DNA of 64,000 nt from positions 1,728,001-1,792,000 of the forward strand of contig CAXXSR010000001.1 in NCBI GenBank assembly GCA_963662615.2. The letters run 5' to 3'. The notes under the pieces were generated by a model, which worked only from the letters and a program-made list of their open reading frames with translations, had not been told where the DNA came from and ran no database searches. The DNA comes from Dehalococcoidia bacterium. GTDB taxonomy: Bacteria > Chloroflexota > Dehalococcoidia > Bin125. This document shows, piece after piece, positions 59,337-64,000 of this stretch. Numbering within the stretch: the stretch's first letter is position 1; the number at the start of each line of letters is the position of its first letter. The translations under genes and the position numbers were made by a program.

Positions 59337-60596
59337 ATGGCCTGGGCGCAGGAAACCTTTGCGGCGTTCGAAAGCCGGCCCTATCGCTTGCTGTGGTCCA
59401 GCGGCCTGTTGGCGACCACGGCCTTCATGATGTCGTTCATGCTCATGCCGGCCGTTGCCTACGAGATCACCGGCAACAACACGGACGCAGGGATCGCCAC
59501 GATGGGGTCAGGGGTTGGCATGTTCCTGATCTCGCCGATCGGCGGGGTGATCGCCGATCGCGTTCACAAGAAGCCGCTCATCATCGCGGGGCAGACCGTC
59601 CCAGGACTGGTCATCCTGGTCCTTGGGCTGCTCATCGTCACCGACCAGATCTCGATTCTGTCTCTCACGCTGGGCGCCTTGATCATGGGGGTTGCCTTCG
59701 CCTTCCTGGGGCCGGCACGCCGGGCTTGGGTCGCGGAGCTGGTTCCAGGCCGGCTGCTTGCGAGCGCCGTTGCCCACCAGCAGATCGCCATCACCGCCGC
59801 GCTGGTGGTGGCCCCGCTCCTGATCGCGATCCTGGTCAGTTCGTCGGTCGGAGTCGGCGGGACGTACCTCGTCATGGCGTCCCTGTTCCTCCTGATCCTC
59901 CCGCTGACCCACCGTTTGCCCAATACGCCACCTCCGGTACCGGCAGAGGGACGTCGATCTATCCGCCTGGAAATGTCCGAGGGAGCCCGCTACGTGCTGG
60001 GCGATCCCCGACTGCGACTCCTCTGGGCGGCATTCATGGCCCTGATCATTTGCGGCTTTGCCTTCCAGACGCTGCTGCCCGGCCTGCTCGACCGGGAGCT
60101 GGGTCGCGAGCCGACCGATATCGGCTTGATCTTCCTTGTCTTCGCGATCGCCGGTTTGATCGGAAACCTGCCGCTCGCTCGTCTCGTGCACACGCCGCTG
60201 GCATGGCCTGGCATGCTCGTCATGGGCAGCGTGATGGCCGGCGGATTCGGGTTGCTGGCCGCGTCCACAACGTACGAGTTCGCGCTGATCTGCGCGATCC
60301 CGCTCGGGCTTGGGCGCTCCGGCTTCATGCTCCTCAACCAAACGCTCCTCATGTTGAGCATCAGTCCGGCCTTCTACGGACGCGTCATGTCATTCGCGGT
60401 CATGGCCTTTGGCATGCAGGCGCTCTTGGCGCCTGTCTGGGGCGCCCTCGCCGATTCCATCGGGATGCGAGAAACGCTCTCGATAGTGGGGGGTGTCGCG
60501 GCCGTTGCCGTCCTGCTCACAGCCCTCGCCTGGCTTCGAATTCGGACCTTGCCGCGATCGACACTCGTACCGGTGACGGCGGACGCCTCCGGCTAG
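59337..60596 (+). CDS. MFS transporter
   Basis: GGVIADRVHKK, about 12 TM segments, GRVMS, GALAD. Confidence 0.88.
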   Translation: MAWAQETFAAFESRPYRLLWSSGLLATTAFMMSFMLMPAVAYEITGNNTDAGIATMGSGVGMFLISPIGGVIADRVHKKPLIIAGQTVPGLVILVLGLLIVTDQISILSLTLGALIMGVAFAFLGPARRAWVAELVPGRLLASAVAHQQIAITAALVVAPLLIAILVSSSVGVGGTYLVMASLFLLILPLTHRLPNTPPPVPAEGRRSIRLEMSEGARYVLGDPRLRLLWAAFMALIICGFAFQTLLPGLLDRELGREPTDIGLIFLVFAIAGLIGNLPLARLVHTPLAWPGMLVMGSVMAGGFGLLAASTTYEFALICAIPLGLGRSGFMLLNQTLLMLSISPAFYGRVMSFAVMAFGMQALLAPVWGALADSIGMRETLSIVGGVAAVAVLLTALAWLRIRTLPRSTLVPVTADASG

Positions 60597-60675
60597 TCCA
60601 CCGGCGCGGTGCCCCCAACGGGGCGAAGGACAGGACCATTCGAAGTCGTACTCGCCCTCGCCTGACGACGCCCCG

Positions 60676-61515
60676 CTAGGAACGCATCTCCGTGCGGTCA
60701 ACGCCTTGGTAGAGCGCGCTGATTTGCCGTTCCACCGCCGCCTTGTGCGCGGCCACGGCGGCGGCGTCCATGTCCGTCTGCGGATCCCCCTCCGCCAGGA
60801 AGTGGCGTTCGTCATCGCGGCCCCGCACCAGCATGGCGGAGTCCTGCACCTTGTGCTGCTGCACAGTGGTGGGGATATAGCGAATCGCGAGCCCTATGCG
60901 GCGGTGGGCCGTGGTGTTGGGCTTGGAGCCGTGCACCAAGCGGACATGGTGCAGCGAGAATTCGCCGGCCTCCAAGGGGATGTTGACGCCGTCGGCGTCG
61001 TCGACGTCCACCTGGACCTCCTGGCCGCGGGTCAAGAGATTGTCCTCGTGGAACGTGTCCTTGTGGGCGATCTGCCCCCTCGTGTGACTGCCCGGCAGGA
61101 ACTTCATGGCGCCGCTCTGCACCGGCGCGTCCGAGAAGGCAAACCAGGCAGTGATGACGTCCGGGGGCTCCAGCCCCCAGTAGGTCGAGTCCTGGTGCCA
61201 GGAGACGAAGCCCGGATCGTGCGCCTCCTTGATGAAGAAGCTCGTCGTCCAGCAGAGGATGTTGGGGCCGATCACCGGCTCCACAGCATCCAGAATGGTC
61301 GGGTGGCGCACCAGCTCGTTCGCCCAGGTGAAGAGCAGGTGGACCTTGTGGCGCAGGTTGCTTTGGATGGGGCCGCCGACGGTCGCTTCGTACGCTTCCA
61401 GCTGAGCGAGATAGGCCAGCGCCTGCTCCCGCGGCGTGGCTCGCAGGGGGAAGACGTAGCCGTCCCTCTGGTAGCGCTCCTTGATCGTGGCGGCGTCGAT
61501 CGTGGCGACAGTCAT
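60676..61515 (-). CDS. Phytanoyl-CoA dioxygenase-family Fe(II)/2-oxoglutarate oxygenase
   Basis: WHQDSTYW (HxD), HGS (distal His), RRIG. Confidence 0.88.
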   Translation of the reverse strand: MTVATIDAATIKERYQRDGYVFPLRATPREQALAYLAQLEAYEATVGGPIQSNLRHKVHLLFTWANELVRHPTILDAVEPVIGPNILCWTTSFFIKEAHDPGFVSWHQDSTYWGLEPPDVITAWFAFSDAPVQSGAMKFLPGSHTRGQIAHKDTFHEDNLLTRGQEVQVDVDDADGVNIPLEAGEFSLHHVRLVHGSKPNTTAHRRIGLAIRYIPTTVQQHKVQDSAMLVRGRDDERHFLAEGDPQTDMDAAAVAAHKAAVERQISALYQGVDRTEMRS

Positions 61516-61938
61516 GAGAACCTCCCCTGCGATCCGTCCGATGCGGCCAGACTAACGCGCCGGCGTGAGGGCTGGCAACGGGGGCTCCAGCGTCCGCCTT
61601 GCCACGTCGCGAGCGTACGCGTTCCGTCTTGGCGACGGCATGGCGCCGGTATCGGCGCTGGAAGACGGCGCGGGGATGGCTTGGGAGCCTTGAATTGGAT
61701 GTCGTAGAGGCCTCTCCGACTGACAGTTCGATTCAAGCCACTGCCATTCGACGTTGCGGCATTGCCGTAAACCTCTCACCGCGCTCGAGTGGCGGCGCGC
61801 AGCACCGGCGGCCCTAGGGCGGTAGGCTCTGCGGCGGCATGACGGCGGACAAGGCGCCGTCGAGACACGTGGGCAAGCGCTGCCGGAAGGAACTTTGGCG
61901 CTCTACAGCCGCAACGCCGCTGACGAAGGGGGGACGAG

Positions 61939-62568
61939 ATGGATGCGGACGAACGCTTTCCGATGCCGCTCGGGGAGGCGATGTTTTCCATGCGCGCGAT
62001 TCGGCGCCTCAGGCCGGAGCCGATCGCGGAGGCAGACCTGCGCGACATCTTGACGGCCGCGACCCAAGCGCCCTCCGGCAACAACAGCCAACCGTGGCAC
62101 TTCCTCGTCGTCCAGGATCCGGGCCAGCGCGCGCGGATGGGCGAGCTGTACCACGAAGCCTGGTGGGCAAAGCGGCGGGATGCCGGCGTCCAGGGCCCGG
62201 AGGACATCCCGGAAACCGACCGTATCGCCCGCTCGGCGATGCGCCTGGCGGGGGAGATCGGAGACGCGCCGGTGATCGTCCTCGTCTGTGCGCTGGCCGA
62301 GGGCGCGTCCCCGATGGCCTCCGTGATCCCGGCCACCCAGAACCTCCTGCTCGCGGCGCGGGCGCTCGGGATCGGCGGCACGATCACCACGCTCCATCCC
62401 ATCGTCAACGATCGCGTACATGCGCTCTTCGACATCCCCGAGACGGCGCAGGTCGTGTATTGCGTGCCGTTGGGCTATCCACGGGGCCGTTTCGGGCCCC
62501 TTCGTCGCAAGCCGGTGCAGGAGGTCACTTCGCTGGAGCGATGGGGAGCGGCGCCTGAATGGGACTGA
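61939..62568 (+). CDS. Nitroreductase-family flavoprotein
   Basis: RAIRR, APSGNNSQPWHF, QNLLLAARALGIG, LGYP. Confidence 0.9.
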   Translation: MDADERFPMPLGEAMFSMRAIRRLRPEPIAEADLRDILTAATQAPSGNNSQPWHFLVVQDPGQRARMGELYHEAWWAKRRDAGVQGPEDIPETDRIARSAMRLAGEIGDAPVIVLVCALAEGASPMASVIPATQNLLLAARALGIGGTITTLHPIVNDRVHALFDIPETAQVVYCVPLGYPRGRFGPLRRKPVQEVTSLERWGAAPEWD

Positions 62569-62784
62569 GCGCAGGCAGCGCCTAGTTAGCGACAGGTCCA
62601 CACGACGTGCTCATCGTGATGGGGGGCGTCGCACCCCTCGGAGATCCCACTTCCCGTGCGGCCGCGGTCCGCATATCATCGGCATGAGACCCACTGCGTC
62701 TCTCCTTTGCCCCGAGCGGTCGCGGCGGACCCGCCCCGATCGGCGCCGTGGCGGCTCTCGCCCGGCCGACGTAGAAAGAGATTC

Positions 62785-63219
62785 ATGAGCAGTCTCCTTG
62801 GGATCGCAATTCGGGAGCGCGCGCGCGCCCCAATGCTGGAAGTCCAGGAAGCGGAGGTGTCCGATCTCGGCATCCTGGGGGACTCACGCGCTCTCGGGGG
62901 GACCCGGGCCGTGACGGTCATTTCCAAGGAGTCGTGGGAGGCAGCGTGCACGGAGTTCGGTCGCGAGTTGCCGTGGACCGCGCGGCGAGCCAACCTGCTC
63001 GTTGAGGGCGCGTCCCTCGTCGACAGCCTCGGCGCCCGATTAGATGTGGGCGAAGCGTTCCTTGAGGTGACGGGCGAGACCGCGCCGTGTGAACGGATGG
63101 ATGAGGTAACGGCCGGGTTGCGCGCATGCCTGGCTCCCCGCTGGCGAGGGGGCGTGACTTGCAAGGTCGTAGTCCCCGGGCGGATTCGTGTCGGCGACGC
63201 CGTGAAAGTCATCAAGTAA
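62785..63219 (+). CDS. MOSC domain protein
   Basis: RAVTV, RRANLLVEG, TGETAPCERM, GRIRVGD. Confidence 0.82.
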   Translation: MSSLLGIAIRERARAPMLEVQEAEVSDLGILGDSRALGGTRAVTVISKESWEAACTEFGRELPWTARRANLLVEGASLVDSLGARLDVGEAFLEVTGETAPCERMDEVTAGLRACLAPRWRGGVTCKVVVPGRIRVGDAVKVIK

Positions 63220-63380
63220 CCTCCCCCAGGACAAGAGGCTGACCTACTCGGCCGCCTCAGGCCGGTGCACCATGTGGGAGTCGCTGAGACGCCGCTTGAC
63301 GTGCTGGTGGAACGGCCACCATTGGGAAGCGCCGGCGCGCTCGCCGAGCCGCGTGAAGAGAGTCCCGCGGCAGGACTTGT

Positions 63381-63998
63381 TCACCGGGCGCCAGGCCCGC
63401 ACGGGAGCTGCTCCACGAAGGCTCGCAGCGCGGCGAAGTAGGCTGCCCCGTCGACTCGGTAGGTATCGTTGTGACCGGCTCCGGCGATCGTATAAAACTC
63501 TTTGGGCTCCTTGGCGGCATCGAACAACGCCCGTCCCGCGTCGATCGGGACGATGTCGTCGCGGTCGCCGTGCAACACGAGCTTCGGCGCCTTCAGACCC
63601 CGAATCTTCGCCCGCGCGTCGTAGCGCGTCCGCAACAGGAGCCAGATCGGCAGGAACGGGTAGCGGCGACGGGCCAGATACGGCACGGAGGGGAAGCCCG
63701 ACTCCAGGATTAGCCCGCAGGGCTCGGCGCGCGACGCCAGCTCGACCGCGACTGCCGCGCCGAGGGATCGGCCGAAGTACAGGATGCGATCCGGGGACAG
63801 ATCGTCCCGTGCGCGCAGGTAGCGGAGCGCCGCTTCGGCGTCCCGGTAGGTCCCCTGCTCCGACGGCTTCCCCTCGCTGACGCCGTAGCCCCGGTAGTCG
63901 AAGAGGAAGACATTCACACCCAAGTGGTCATGGAGCAACTTCAGGTTCTCCAGGCGGTGGCTGATGTTTCCGGCGTTTCCGTGGCACCAGAGCCAGGT
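63381..63998 (-). CDS. Alpha/beta hydrolase (ABHD13/17-like), 5'-truncated by window edge
   Basis: HGNAGN, DYRGYG, GRSLG, HGDRD, GHND. Confidence 0.88.
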   Translation of the reverse strand, partial: TWLWCHGNAGNISHRLENLKLLHDHLGVNVFLFDYRGYGVSEGKPSEQGTYRDAEAALRYLRARDDLSPDRILYFGRSLGAAVAVELASRAEPCGLILESGFPSVPYLARRRYPFLPIWLLLRTRYDARAKIRGLKAPKLVLHGDRDDIVPIDAGRALFDAAKEPKEFYTIAGAGHNDTYRVDGAAYFAALRAFVEQLPCGPGAR

Positions 63999-64000
63999 GA

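Noticed and set aside
63272-63380. Short ORF start MWESLRRRLTCWWNGHHWE resembling small CxxxGHxW proteins
   Set aside because: It runs antisense into the hydrolase gene, lacks a following CxxC and has no clear RBS.

Overview
GC-rich bacterial window with about 50 genes. It is most likely Chloroflexota/Dehalococcoidia (SAR202- or Tepidiformales-like), inferred from 'AAACG(G)DDD' lipoproteins, luciferase-like monooxygenases and a Chloroflexus-type malyl-CoA lyase. From left to right: thioredoxin reductase; a stop-interrupted secreted protein; a CoA-transferase; a duplicated Liv-type ABC importer cluster (2 Cys-rich binding proteins, 2 LivH, 2 LivM, one LivG/LivF pair) with mmsA; a menF-menD-menH-[LLM monooxygenase + lactonase]-menC cluster; a cobalamin riboswitch with btuCD-like genes; two DUF3179 CxxC lipoproteins divergent from a Zn/Mn ABC transporter across a perfect 26-bp palindrome; mcl; a P-type ATPase; an apparently circularly permuted CcdA; a TIGR04283/TIGR04282-type glycosyltransferase pair; a two-domain TlpA; Leu dehydrogenase; a TPP riboswitch with thiYXZ; a frameshifted NHL-repeat surface protein with an LPxTG tail; and assorted catabolic enzymes. 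No rRNA, tRNA, CRISPR array or transposase was seen. Family calls come from motif recognition by eye, not database searches.
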